Below are positions 31,778 through 41,649 of a DNA stretch of 64,000 nt, piece after piece. The stretch spans positions 1-64,000 of IMG/VR virus record IMGVR_UViG_3300001605_000025; one strand, 5' to 3'. The stretch is from a virus (Duplodnaviria > Heunggongvirae > Uroviricota > Caudoviricetes). Within the stretch, counting starts at the first letter, position 1; each line of letters opens with the position of its first letter. Under the pieces are notes generated by a model. The model saw only the letters and a program-made list of their open reading frames with translations. It searched no databases and was not told where the DNA came from. The translations under genes were made by a program, and so were the position numbers.

Positions 31778-33175
31778 ATGACAATCTATTATAACGAGAG
31801 TTACGTCGATGATATAGAGATTGAGTATCCGTTATCACCTATTATAGAGGTTAGCTTAACGTATCGTGTTAAACGAACTGGTTTAATAACAACAGATCTC
31901 AGGTACGACATATGTCATGTTATCCAGAAAACTTTAGAGTATCGTTTTACACGAACAGTAACACTTAGCCGACCGTTAGTAGAGTGGATACCATCATCTG
32001 CGACTATTAACTATAACGATCAGGGAACATATACAGTTAACAATCTGTATGGTAGTAATAATAATGCGTATGCAAAGTTTAACGTTAATACGGTACCAAG
32101 TAGAACGTTACCGTGGACACTCCAGTATGATTACGGGTATGGTGGACAGAAGCAGGTAACCCGATATGTGATGCACTATCCGAATGGATTCACTGGTAGT
32201 GATATATTTCCGAAGTCGTGGGTATTTGAAGGATCTTTAAACGGAACAACTTGGACAGCGTTAGATACGCAGACTAGTCAGACATTTAGTGTGACACGCA
32301 CTATTGATTTCGTAAACAATAAGGCCTACCGTTACTATCGTCTGAGAGTTACCGAACATTGGAGTCCAGCGTCACCTAAAGATCTATATATAGGTAGAGT
32401 AAAGCTTTACGATCAAGGTAGTACGTTACTTGAATATGCTATATATACGGCATCACTAGAAGCAGATACGTATGCTGGAGTTGCTCCAATAAACGTTACG
32501 TTTACCATTACGGATGAAAGTTTACCAAGTCTACCTAGATATCATTGGGATTTCGGAGATGGAACATCTGGATATAGTACAACACCAACAGCACGGAAAC
32601 AATACCTAAATGCTGGTACGTTTACGGTATCTGTTAGTGTCCCTAATCTAGAGTATCTACCTGTCGCATCGGTAGTAGTAACAATTACTGAAAGGCCAGC
32701 TGGACCACATGCAATGTTCTTTGCAAATCCAGTTATGGGAATCGCACCGTTGAATGTTCAGTTTGAGAACATTAGTGTGTATACTGGAGCCGTAACATGG
32801 GACTGGAATTTCGGAGACGGAACAGATCATTCAGCAGAAAAGAATCCGTTACATACGTATACTGGAGGTGCCACATACAACGTATCGTTAACGGTTACAG
32901 ATAGTGATGGGAATGATACGTTAACTCGGGTAAATTATATACATGGATCAGTTGTTCCGCCATCTGCTAACTTCGAGATTGCTAGTGGAAATGCAACGGT
33001 AACATATGGTGAGGGAATATGGGTGGAACTTAAGGTAACCGATAGTTTAGGGAATACCAGTTCTATCACTATGAACGTACTTCTAGATGATGAAGAAGAT
33101 AGATTCATAGAGTTTAGAAATACATCTACTGGTGATATAGTAGAGTGTAGATGGACATATGGTGATCTATCGTGA
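31778..33175 (+). CDS. tail fibre/baseplate protein with two PKD domains
   Basis: HWDFGDGTSGYST...TFTVSVSV and WDWNFGDGTDHSAEKNPLHTYTGGATYNVSLTVTDSDGN match the PKD-domain WxFGDG signature; N-terminal region resembles a jelly-roll carbohydrate-binding module. Confidence 0.55.
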   Translation: MTIYYNESYVDDIEIEYPLSPIIEVSLTYRVKRTGLITTDLRYDICHVIQKTLEYRFTRTVTLSRPLVEWIPSSATINYNDQGTYTVNNLYGSNNNAYAKFNVNTVPSRTLPWTLQYDYGYGGQKQVTRYVMHYPNGFTGSDIFPKSWVFEGSLNGTTWTALDTQTSQTFSVTRTIDFVNNKAYRYYRLRVTEHWSPASPKDLYIGRVKLYDQGSTLLEYAIYTASLEADTYAGVAPINVTFTITDESLPSLPRYHWDFGDGTSGYSTTPTARKQYLNAGTFTVSVSVPNLEYLPVASVVVTITERPAGPHAMFFANPVMGIAPLNVQFENISVYTGAVTWDWNFGDGTDHSAEKNPLHTYTGGATYNVSLTVTDSDGNDTLTRVNYIHGSVVPPSANFEIASGNATVTYGEGIWVELKVTDSLGNTSSITMNVLLDDEEDRFIEFRNTSTGDIVECRWTYGDLS

Positions 33176-33600
33176 CAGTATATACACATAAGAAGTCTGT
33201 GCTGTATCATCCGACACATCTTTTTGGGACACCAGATATTTGGGGGAAGCCATTTGACTCATCGGTATATCCACAAGATACTCCGATTGTAAGTCAAGGT
33301 ACAACTGGCTTCGACTGGGATGGTACGGGAATAGTATACGTTACACAGTCGTATGAAGGTACGTTATTGTATGGACTAATCGTTGATGATAATGTACGGA
33401 TAGAGACAGCCTTGGATACGTTTGAGACTGTTGGTGGATCTGGGCTTAAACCAGCACTAGATATTACAGCTGGGCTAAACGTTGGATTTAATGCCATTAC
33501 GTTAACAGTTCTTAATACAGGTTTGTTATCAATTGCGTTAGGATGGAATGATGAATACGAATATTATTTATGGACACGTATTGTTCAGGTTTCCGGTTGA
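33172..33600 (+). CDS. tail structural protein candidate
   Basis: 142 aa. Confidence 0.3.
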   Translation: MTVYTHKKSVLYHPTHLFGTPDIWGKPFDSSVYPQDTPIVSQGTTGFDWDGTGIVYVTQSYEGTLLYGLIVDDNVRIETALDTFETVGGSGLKPALDITAGLNVGFNAITLTVLNTGLLSIALGWNDEYEYYLWTRIVQVSG

Positions 33601-33701
33601 TTTCGTGAATGGATCCAACATTTCTAATTAATCTCATTCTTTATATTGAGGGAATAAGATATAATCGTTTCAGGTGATAGGTATCACCATGGAGACTTTT
33701 A

Positions 33702-34229
33702 ATGTCAGCTACTGTAACTATTGCCGAGAAAAACGGCGCGGGTGGAACGCAAACTGATAGCATTACGAATACTAATATGGGTAGTACTGATGCTGTGAAT
33801 CTTGTTGCAGCCTCGTTTCCGATAACTGCTGGAGCGAACAGCTATGAGAAGATTCAGCACTTTAGAGTTTCGGCAGCTGGTGGATCATCACAGATTAAAC
33901 AGCCGAAGGTTTGGGCGTCTGCAGTATTAGCATCTGGTGCGACACTGTACACTAATGCGAATGTGACGCCTGCTAATTATAAGAATGTTGGGACGTACTG
34001 GCAACCTGTTACAACTGCAAGTACTGCTGCGACTTATAACATGCCAACAGCAACTCCTGCAACTGCTAATCTTGGAATTGGTGGAGTGTTACTCGATTCG
34101 GCGTATATCGATCTGGCAGGAACACTTCCAGCATCGACTGATTATCTAGTCACGCAGATCAAGACAAGTTCAAATGCAACAGCCGGAACTACGGTTACTA
34201 TGAATTATCAGTATGATGAGATAGCCTAG
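33702..34229 (+). CDS. low-complexity A/T/S/G-rich fibrous protein
   Basis: 175 aa; perfect palindrome GGTGATAGGTATCACC 13 nt upstream. Confidence 0.3.
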   Translation: MSATVTIAEKNGAGGTQTDSITNTNMGSTDAVNLVAASFPITAGANSYEKIQHFRVSAAGGSSQIKQPKVWASAVLASGATLYTNANVTPANYKNVGTYWQPVTTASTAATYNMPTATPATANLGIGGVLLDSAYIDLAGTLPASTDYLVTQIKTSSNATAGTTVTMNYQYDEIA

Positions 34230-34253
34230 AAAACGATATGGAGAATCAATACA

Positions 34254-34667
34254 ATGATTCCAGTTTGGAAGTTCTACCCGGAACAGTCGGGAGCTGAGAC
34301 ACAAGAAGTGTCACCTGAGCGATGGGCTTGGGTGGCACTCTATTCTGACTGTACAATTCTTGAGCAATTCGGATCAGATGGACGATTCCATCAACTGAAA
34401 GAGATCGACGTAACAAAACTTATCGGGTTCCAGATGGTTAACCTGTTAGGCGTCCAGCAGCCTATTTTGATACACTGGAAACCAGGATGGAAGCTTATAC
34501 ACTTCTATCGTAATATTCGACTGCATGTTGGGACACCTGAAGAGGTAGCTATACGTTTATATTGTTTCGGTTACGAAGCGAATAAGCAAAAGGTTATCAT
34601 CGTAATTATGCCAACTGACCAGATTCGGATTGTTGAAGATGTGAACGAAATATCAATAGAGGGATAG
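34254..34667 (+). CDS. hypothetical tail protein
   Basis: 137 aa. Confidence 0.3.
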   Translation: MIPVWKFYPEQSGAETQEVSPERWAWVALYSDCTILEQFGSDGRFHQLKEIDVTKLIGFQMVNLLGVQQPILIHWKPGWKLIHFYRNIRLHVGTPEEVAIRLYCFGYEANKQKVIIVIMPTDQIRIVEDVNEISIEG

Positions 34668-34668
34668 T

Positions 34669-34953
34669 ATGGCATTAGATACGTCAGCTGTTAAGATCAC
34701 ACCTGCTGAAGTGAAATCGTTAGTAGCGTCTTATATGTTAGCAGAAACTAAGACACCTACACAGATGAAAGAGTTGATCAGTTCGTATGAAGTTAAGTGT
34801 GAACGGATTGATAGTATGATTAATGATCCAATGATACCAGCAGAACTTAAAAAAGATCTAAAGGATAAGAAGCTTCGGATACTTAAGAAGTATATGGTAC
34901 TACAAGAACATGATAAAAACATATCTATTAAGCCCGTAGAAGAGGTTAAGTAA
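34669..34953 (+). CDS. hypothetical protein
   Basis: 94 aa. Confidence 0.3.
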   Translation: MALDTSAVKITPAEVKSLVASYMLAETKTPTQMKELISSYEVKCERIDSMINDPMIPAELKKDLKDKKLRILKKYMVLQEHDKNISIKPVEEVK

Positions 34954-36437
34954 TGGCATATTACTACGTAGACTATACGAATGGTTCGGACTCTCGTACC
35001 GGATTACGTATACCTGCGGGTGACCATGATTCGGTATCTTATTATACAATCGATTCTACTGCAGATACGACACATTTTGTTGATTCAGCGTTAACTGGAG
35101 CAAACGACTACATTAACGGTGGGTACGTCTATAATGTTACACGGTCGATTGGAGCTGTAGTATCTGATTTTGATGCTGCAACTGATACGGTTACGCTAGC
35201 AACGGCAATTGCTGGAATGACTGCTGGTGACTCCTATTATATACTGAACTCGTTTAAGAATATCTCACAGTTTACAACTGCTGGATCAGCTAGAAGTCCA
35301 GGTGATAAATGTTACGTTAGAGCGAATCAGACACACAATCTAGCTTCTACATCACTAGGATTTGATGAGGATGGATCAGTAAGTGCGTTTATTTATCTGA
35401 TAGGTTGTAACGCGACTCAAGGTGTTGATCCGTATCATGATGGATCTGATGTTAGGCCGACGTTAGACTTTGGTGCTACAACAGCATACGTGCAGATATC
35501 AGGAGATTACTGGTGGTATATCCAGAATCTAGATGTTAGGGGATCAACTAGTTCTAATGGTAATATATCTCTTACTGCTGCAATTGGGACTGTTATTGAT
35601 AACTGTATGTCTAGAGATGGTGGAGCGAGCACAACTGGAATTAGAACTAGTATGACTAGAGGTATTTGGTTGATGAATTGTGTTGTCGCGAAGTGCCCGT
35701 ACTATGGAATGTATCTAATGGAGTCATATGTAGTTGTAACTAGATGTGTAATAGATGCAAATGCATCTGGGTCTTCGTATGGTATAGCTACACGTGGATC
35801 AGAAGTAATAGTTAATAATTGTATAATTGGAGCATCAACACCGTTTCTTACTGATATACACTTTAGTTATTCACATGTACTAGTTGGTAATTCTACATTA
35901 AGTAGTTCAGTTAAACTAGTTACGTTACCTGATTACGTGTTTGGTACAGGATCAACTGAGGATTATCTCGGAGTATATGGAAGTTTCTATCGCAAAGTTA
36001 GTTGTCTTGGGGTAACTAATTCAACAGCAGTTACTAGACCAGGTGGAGCATCATCAACTGTTGTTATGCAACCGTATATAACAATGTGGTATAAGAGTCC
36101 GATTAGTATAAACAATTCGATAATAAATCCAGATTTCCGTGTGTGGTCATCTGCTAACGAAAGAACGATTACCGTTTACATACGTGGGTTTAATTGGGCG
36201 TCGTTTCCGACTGCTGAACAACTATATATAAAAGCGGAATATATTTCAGCTGCTAGCCCACTAACATATAGTTCTGCTGTATCGACACAAGTACTAACAG
36301 ATAATACAACATGGGTAGCCTTTCGGGTTACTGTTACACCAGTTGTTGCGTCATTCATTAATATATGGGTTCAACTTGGACAGTTCGAAGATACATCAAC
36401 TGGTATATACGTTGATCCGAAGTTGGTGGTATCATGA
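34953..36437 (+). CDS. receptor-binding protein / tailspike paralogue 1 (parallel beta-helix)
   Basis: 494 aa; N-terminal ~170 aa closely similar to next gene (YY(V/I)DY(T/V)NG..TGL...TVDSTADTTH..D(S/A)ALTG...TL(A/G)TAIAGM(T/A)AGDSYY...ISQFTTAG..RS(P/A)GDKCY(V/I)RANQTH...FDEDGS...YIYLIGCN); middle has beta-helix-like repeats. Confidence 0.55.
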   Translation: MAYYYVDYTNGSDSRTGLRIPAGDHDSVSYYTIDSTADTTHFVDSALTGANDYINGGYVYNVTRSIGAVVSDFDAATDTVTLATAIAGMTAGDSYYILNSFKNISQFTTAGSARSPGDKCYVRANQTHNLASTSLGFDEDGSVSAFIYLIGCNATQGVDPYHDGSDVRPTLDFGATTAYVQISGDYWWYIQNLDVRGSTSSNGNISLTAAIGTVIDNCMSRDGGASTTGIRTSMTRGIWLMNCVVAKCPYYGMYLMESYVVVTRCVIDANASGSSYGIATRGSEVIVNNCIIGASTPFLTDIHFSYSHVLVGNSTLSSSVKLVTLPDYVFGTGSTEDYLGVYGSFYRKVSCLGVTNSTAVTRPGGASSTVVMQPYITMWYKSPISINNSIINPDFRVWSSANERTITVYIRGFNWASFPTAEQLYIKAEYISAASPLTYSSAVSTQVLTDNTTWVAFRVTVTPVVASFINIWVQLGQFEDTSTGIYVDPKLVVS

Positions 36438-37900
36438 CCGATTACTATATTGATTACGTTAACGGACTAAATACGAATACCGGATTACAATATAATCCGT
36501 TAACAGTTGATTCGACAGCTGATACGACACACTTAACAGATGCAGCACTCACCGGTATGACTATTGGAAACGGATCATTTGTTTGGAATGTAACACGAGG
36601 AGCTGGTGCTACAACACTAGCGTGGGATGATGGAACTGATACGTTAACACTTGGAACTGCGATTGCTGGTATGGCTGCGGGAGATTCATATTATCTGATT
36701 ACACCGTATAAAACGATATCTCAGTTCACGACAGCTGGTGGTGTACGATCTGCGGGTGATAAGTGTTATATTAGAGCAAACCAGACTCATGACTGTTCAG
36801 CTGCTAATATAGAGTTTGATGAAGATGGATCGTCTGTTGATTATATTTATCTAATTGGTTGTAACGTAAGTCAGGGTATTGATCCATGGCATGATAATTC
36901 TGATGTTAGACCCATAATAGATTTTAAGAATAGCTCAACATACTATATGTATTTGTATACTGATTATTGGTGGTATATTAAGAATTTAGACTTTACATCA
37001 ATCTATAGATCGTCTGCTGAAGCTGGAATATTATCAACTTGGGTAGTTCTTGGATTATATATTGACAATTGTCAGTTCCATAATGCTACAGGAACAGCAG
37101 CATATGCATTAAATCTAGCACGAGCAGGATGTGTTACTGTACATAATTGTGGGTTTTATTCTAATACAGGACCTGGATTATTTACAAATGAAAGTTGGGG
37201 AATTATAGAAGGATGCACATTCTCTAGTAGTGGTACTGGAACAGGTACTGGAGCAGCTTTCCGAGGAAGTGAATATATTGTAAAAGATTCAGTTTTTGGA
37301 TCACCAACTACATTTGCATATGATATACAGTCTGGGTACGGAGCGAATGTAATTCTGAGAAACTGTACAGTTAACTATAGTAAGTTTACCATTCCTGCAT
37401 TTTCATGGGGATCAATAGCAGTTGAAGATTATAATGGTGTATACGGAGATAAGTATCTAAAGACAGCTCGGGCAGTAATTACTAGTTCGACTGCTGTTAT
37501 ACGGGAAGGTGGATCACCAGAGTCTGCTTATTTAGTAGCAACATCATCTGATGTTGGTCAATATGATGCAGTAGGACTACATGATTCTATCGAACCAGAT
37601 TTTAAGATTTGGTGTACTGATACTACAACAGTTACTATTTATATGAGAGGAGCGGGATGGAGTTCCTTCCCAGTGACAACATACGACCTGTATATTACAG
37701 CTGAATATATATCTGCGACTAATCCATTAGATTATGAGTATGAGTATTCATCACAGGAATTATCTGATAATACTACATGGGTAGGTTATCAAGTTACGTT
37801 TACACCTGCTACTCCCTCGTACGTAGGAATATATGTATGTTTAGCACGGTACGTAGCTAGCACAGGTGTCTATATAGATATAGAACCAGTTATAACTTGA
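36434..37900 (+). CDS. receptor-binding protein / tailspike paralogue 2
   Basis: 488 aa; tandem duplicate of 34953-36437 with diverged C-terminal half. Confidence 0.55.
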   Translation: MTDYYIDYVNGLNTNTGLQYNPLTVDSTADTTHLTDAALTGMTIGNGSFVWNVTRGAGATTLAWDDGTDTLTLGTAIAGMAAGDSYYLITPYKTISQFTTAGGVRSAGDKCYIRANQTHDCSAANIEFDEDGSSVDYIYLIGCNVSQGIDPWHDNSDVRPIIDFKNSSTYYMYLYTDYWWYIKNLDFTSIYRSSAEAGILSTWVVLGLYIDNCQFHNATGTAAYALNLARAGCVTVHNCGFYSNTGPGLFTNESWGIIEGCTFSSSGTGTGTGAAFRGSEYIVKDSVFGSPTTFAYDIQSGYGANVILRNCTVNYSKFTIPAFSWGSIAVEDYNGVYGDKYLKTARAVITSSTAVIREGGSPESAYLVATSSDVGQYDAVGLHDSIEPDFKIWCTDTTTVTIYMRGAGWSSFPVTTYDLYITAEYISATNPLDYEYEYSSQELSDNTTWVGYQVTFTPATPSYVGIYVCLARYVASTGVYIDIEPVIT

Positions 37901-37907
37901 GGGTATC

Positions 37908-39599
37908 ATGATAACAAGGTGGTCTAACGGTAAATTAGTTAGTACGACTGGATCAATATATGAGTGGGTTAGCGGTAGACCTGTAGTAGTTGTAATGTTG
38001 GAGCGGACAACTGTACAGAAGACATTAGTTTATGCGGTTCGTAGCACACCATCGATTACTAAAACGTTAACGTATACTATTAAGAAGTCGGTAAGCGTTC
38101 AGAAATCATTAGCATATGAGATTAGAAATACACAACCATTCATTGTAGAGAAGACATTAACGTATACTATCAGGACTATATTAACTGTACAGAAGACATT
38201 ATCTTATGCTATTAAAAAGTTGGTAAGTATACAAGACACGTTAGCTTATGTTATTAAGAATGTATATACTATCCAGAAGCCATTATCTTATGTAATCGGG
38301 ACTGTAGTTAGTATAACTAAAACGTTAAACTATTCAATTAAAAGTAACTCCAGTAAAACAGCTAGTTTAACATATGTTATTAGTAAAGTATCAACACTAA
38401 CAGAACCGTTAACATACTGTATTACTAGCAGACAAACTATTCAGATATCGTTAACGTACAATGTTCAGGTACCTTCCAGTCTAACAAAACTATTAACGTA
38501 TAGTATACTACGATCAGAAAGTATAACGAGAACATTAAGCTATACTGTTAAGTTTGTATCTAGTAAAACAATCAGTTTGACATATAGTATTACTGGAGGG
38601 TCGGCATTATCAGTTCCGTTAACGTACTACATTGCTACCGAGCAGGTTATTCAACTACCGTTAACGTATAGTATACAGTTTATTTCTAGTATAGTAGACA
38701 CGTTATCGTATAGTATAAAACGGGTAGAAGATATAACTAAGTCGTTAACCTATTCAATTACAGGTATTCCTACTAGGATACTAAGCTTAACGTATAGTAT
38801 CCACAGAGTATCAACGTTAACACACATACTAACGTATAACGTTCAGTTTACTGGCAGTAAGAATCTTGGATTAACATATATCATCGGTAACGTTCCAGTT
38901 ATACAGAAGACGTTAACATATGCTATCGGACTAACAAGTAGTCTGACAAAACAGTTAGATTATAGGATTAGAACGGTAGTGTTGAAAACACTTGAACAAG
39001 CCTATAGTATTAAATTTGTTCAATCTGTATCTAAGACCCTAACGTATGCTATTGAACGTTCAGAATCGTTGAGCATTTCATTAACCTATCGCATCAACGT
39101 TCCAACTAGTATCGCGAAATCATTAGACTACGTTATATTATCGATTACAAGTCCAACCATACAGAAGACGTTAACATACTATATTAAGAGTAGTAAGGTT
39201 GTACAGAAAACATTAACATACTGTATACCATTCAGTGTTCAGAAAACGTTAACGTTAGCGTATAGTATTGGAGTAGGTACAACAATAACTAAGTCACTGG
39301 ATTACATTATACAATCCAGTGTGGATATTCAGAGGACGTTAAGTTACGTGATTAGGGCAGCATTATCTAAAACGCTATCGTTGACATATTCTGTTCTCGG
39401 ATATGTTCCGTGGTATGAAGATATAACGTTAACGTCTTATATTATATTAGAACAAACATTTACATCTAGTATAGATATAACATATAGTATTGAATCGGAT
39501 GTCGATACCGAGTATCTGTTAGACTCTCAGATTACTAGTCTAGAGATATCACTGGAATCGATAGTAGCTATTGAATTAGAGACAGGAGGAACTATATGA
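37908..39599 (+). CDS. tail fibre-like protein built from ~35 tandem 14-residue repeats (consensus TLTYxIxxxxxxxK)
   Basis: 563 aa; 42-nt periodicity visible in both the DNA (acgttaacgtat...cagaagacattaac) and the protein from ~38030 to ~39460. Confidence 0.55.
   Translation: MITRWSNGKLVSTTGSIYEWVSGRPVVVVMLERTTVQKTLVYAVRSTPSITKTLTYTIKKSVSVQKSLAYEIRNTQPFIVEKTLTYTIRTILTVQKTLSYAIKKLVSIQDTLAYVIKNVYTIQKPLSYVIGTVVSITKTLNYSIKSNSSKTASLTYVISKVSTLTEPLTYCITSRQTIQISLTYNVQVPSSLTKLLTYSILRSESITRTLSYTVKFVSSKTISLTYSITGGSALSVPLTYYIATEQVIQLPLTYSIQFISSIVDTLSYSIKRVEDITKSLTYSITGIPTRILSLTYSIHRVSTLTHILTYNVQFTGSKNLGLTYIIGNVPVIQKTLTYAIGLTSSLTKQLDYRIRTVVLKTLEQAYSIKFVQSVSKTLTYAIERSESLSISLTYRINVPTSIAKSLDYVILSITSPTIQKTLTYYIKSSKVVQKTLTYCIPFSVQKTLTLAYSIGVGTTITKSLDYIIQSSVDIQRTLSYVIRAALSKTLSLTYSVLGYVPWYEDITLTSYIILEQTFTSSIDITYSIESDVDTEYLLDSQITSLEISLESIVAIELETGGTI
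38030..39460 (+). repeat. 42-bp coding tandem repeat array inside gene 37908-39599
   Basis: Repeated ...acgttaacgta(t/c)...(a/t)ctattaag... units. Confidence 0.6.
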
Positions 39600-39892
39600 C
39601 CGATGAAAGAATTTACGAAGGAGATGTTGGAGTTCGATTCTTGGTATCAACTGGAATTGATCTCACGACTACAACTGTTACTCAGTTGAAAGTAACGAAA
39701 GGTGACTTATCAACAGCAACTTGGAATGCATCCGTTAACATTGACGATAATACAGTTATGGAGTATATATCTGTTGATGGTGATTTAGATGTTTCAGGAA
39801 AGTACAAGTTATACGCTTACGTAGAATTTACTACCGACTCGAAACATTCGGGACGTGTTGCAACATTCACCGTGTACGATGTATTTAAATAG
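39596..39892 (+). CDS. hypothetical protein
   Basis: 98 aa. Confidence 0.3.
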   Translation: MTDERIYEGDVGVRFLVSTGIDLTTTTVTQLKVTKGDLSTATWNASVNIDDNTVMEYISVDGDLDVSGKYKLYAYVEFTTDSKHSGRVATFTVYDVFK

Positions 39893-39957
39893 TTTCAGGG
39901 TGATGATCTGAACGGTGTTCAGTGAACCTATGCGCATAGGACTAAAGGAGAATATGT

Positions 39958-40908
39958 ATGGATGTATCTTTGATTCAACCAATGGTGATGCCGATTGTAG
40001 TCGCTGCGTTCGGTATCTTTGCCGGTTTCATGTTCATATACCGGAATATGACTACGGGAGATCAGTTTTCGTTTGAGAAGTTCCTCCCTACTATGGGAGT
40101 TGGTGCTATCGCAGCACTTTTCCTGTATGCGACAGGTGGAGTATTTCCGGGTATCGATGAAGTGTTCGCTGAACTGATTATTCTTGCACCTGGTGGTGTA
40201 CCAGCAGTTGCTGCTATCTTTGCAGCTGTACTCGCGATACTGAATGGATTCGCATCGACTAAGCCTATTGTTACTGGGAAGGCTACTGTAAAACAGTCTC
40301 TGGTGGGTGTTAGGCCACTTATGTCAACCCCGACAACTGTTCCAGCTAGTAACGTTGATAGTGGTGGTATTGTAGGTACCCGCATTAAGATGGGTGACGG
40401 ACGGTATGCAATCGTTAACGGTGATGGAACGTTCACATTTGATGATGGATCGATTATCAAGTGTGACGGTACTATTGTTAAGCCTGCTGATCCTGTTCCC
40501 GTTCCGGTTCCAGATCCGACAACTGCCCCTGGGTATACGGAAGTTGGTAGTGATAATATGCCTGACAATTACGTTCCGTGGTCAGCACCCGGATTTACGG
40601 TAATGCCACCCTTTAATAAGATTAAGTCTGGTGAGACTGTTAATCTTCAGGTGTACGTCGGAATGAATAAGGATAAGAAGACTTATCCAGCACTCCAGGT
40701 ACTTTGGGGAGACGGAACTGCATTGCAGGTTGTTCCAGTTGTGAACGGACTTGCTACTGCTTCACACAGTTATACGTATGTTAAGGGAGCAGCAAAGTAT
40801 TCAGGTCGGTCGTTCTATCCTACATTTATCGTGATAGAGAACGATGGAACGGTAACGAACTTTAACACAGTACGAAAGTGTTGTGAAGTTGAAGTTCAAT
40901 CTATCTAA
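39958..40908 (+). CDS. polytopic membrane protein with (PV)n linker and C-terminal beta-rich domain
   Basis: Three predicted TM helices in first 110 aa, PVPVPVPDP linker, C-terminal VLWGDGTAL PKD-like motif; palindrome CCTATGCGCATAGG 18 nt upstream. Confidence 0.4.
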   Translation: MDVSLIQPMVMPIVVAAFGIFAGFMFIYRNMTTGDQFSFEKFLPTMGVGAIAALFLYATGGVFPGIDEVFAELIILAPGGVPAVAAIFAAVLAILNGFASTKPIVTGKATVKQSLVGVRPLMSTPTTVPASNVDSGGIVGTRIKMGDGRYAIVNGDGTFTFDDGSIIKCDGTIVKPADPVPVPVPDPTTAPGYTEVGSDNMPDNYVPWSAPGFTVMPPFNKIKSGETVNLQVYVGMNKDKKTYPALQVLWGDGTALQVVPVVNGLATASHSYTYVKGAAKYSGRSFYPTFIVIENDGTVTNFNTVRKCCEVEVQSI

Positions 40909-40975
40909 ACCTTTTTTAGATCCAGTTCTTTATAACAGGGAAAGGCAAACCCTTTTATAAAGGAGAGAATTCTGA

Positions 40976-41293
40976 ATGCAGACCATTAGAGTGGCACAAA
41001 ATGATGTCTATAACATTAGTTATACGTTAACTAATCCAACGATTAACTTGTGGACCGCTGCTACACCTGCGACACCAAGTGTTGATCTAGACATTATTGA
41101 TATAGATACGAAAGAAGTATTGACAACGATTCCGTGTACGGTTACTGCACCGACAACTGGAGTTATTCGGTTTAGTACTGAGGACTTTGCATCACTGGAT
41201 AAAAAGATGTATCTTGCACAGTTCCGGATAATGATAGGAACGACATTACAGTCGATACCTAAGGATTCCGAACAAGCAGTGTGGGTTTACTAA
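40976..41293 (+). CDS. hypothetical protein
   Basis: 105 aa. Confidence 0.3.
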   Translation: MQTIRVAQNDVYNISYTLTNPTINLWTAATPATPSVDLDIIDIDTKEVLTTIPCTVTAPTTGVIRFSTEDFASLDKKMYLAQFRIMIGTTLQSIPKDSEQAVWVY

Positions 41294-41649
41294 GGGTGGT
41301 CGAAATTGATAACGAAGATCAACATGGAGTGGTAGATTATAGGAATCGATGTATTGACGATCATGAAATGCGTCTACGTCATCTTGAGGCGAATAATAAA
41401 GAACAGGCGAAACTATTCGTCATGTCTGAAAAACTTGAAAACCAAATTCAAGCACTTGATGATAAAACCGATGTTCGATTTAAGAACTTAGAGAAGTGGA
41501 TGGATTCACAAATTGCTATTATTGCAGTTGAACGTGCTACTCAGAAAGAACGTGTAGAGGAAGTTAAAGATACTAAAAAAGATCTGTTTGGGATTATAGC
41601 ACTTGTTATATCATGTATCGTGCTTATACTAAACATACTGAAGGGTTGA
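41281..41649 (+). CDS. tail-anchored coiled-coil membrane protein (XhlA-like, lysis-associated candidate)
   Basis: 122 aa; long N-terminal coiled coil, single C-terminal TM (LFGIIALVISCIVLILNIL). Confidence 0.3.
   Translation: MGLLRVVEIDNEDQHGVVDYRNRCIDDHEMRLRHLEANNKEQAKLFVMSEKLENQIQALDDKTDVRFKNLEKWMDSQIAIIAVERATQKERVEEVKDTKKDLFGIIALVISCIVLILNILKG

Noticed and set aside
38030-39460. Periodic 42-bp repeats considered as a CRISPR array
   Set aside because: The repeats are in-frame coding periodicity within a single long ORF. They are degenerate with no spacer/repeat alternation.
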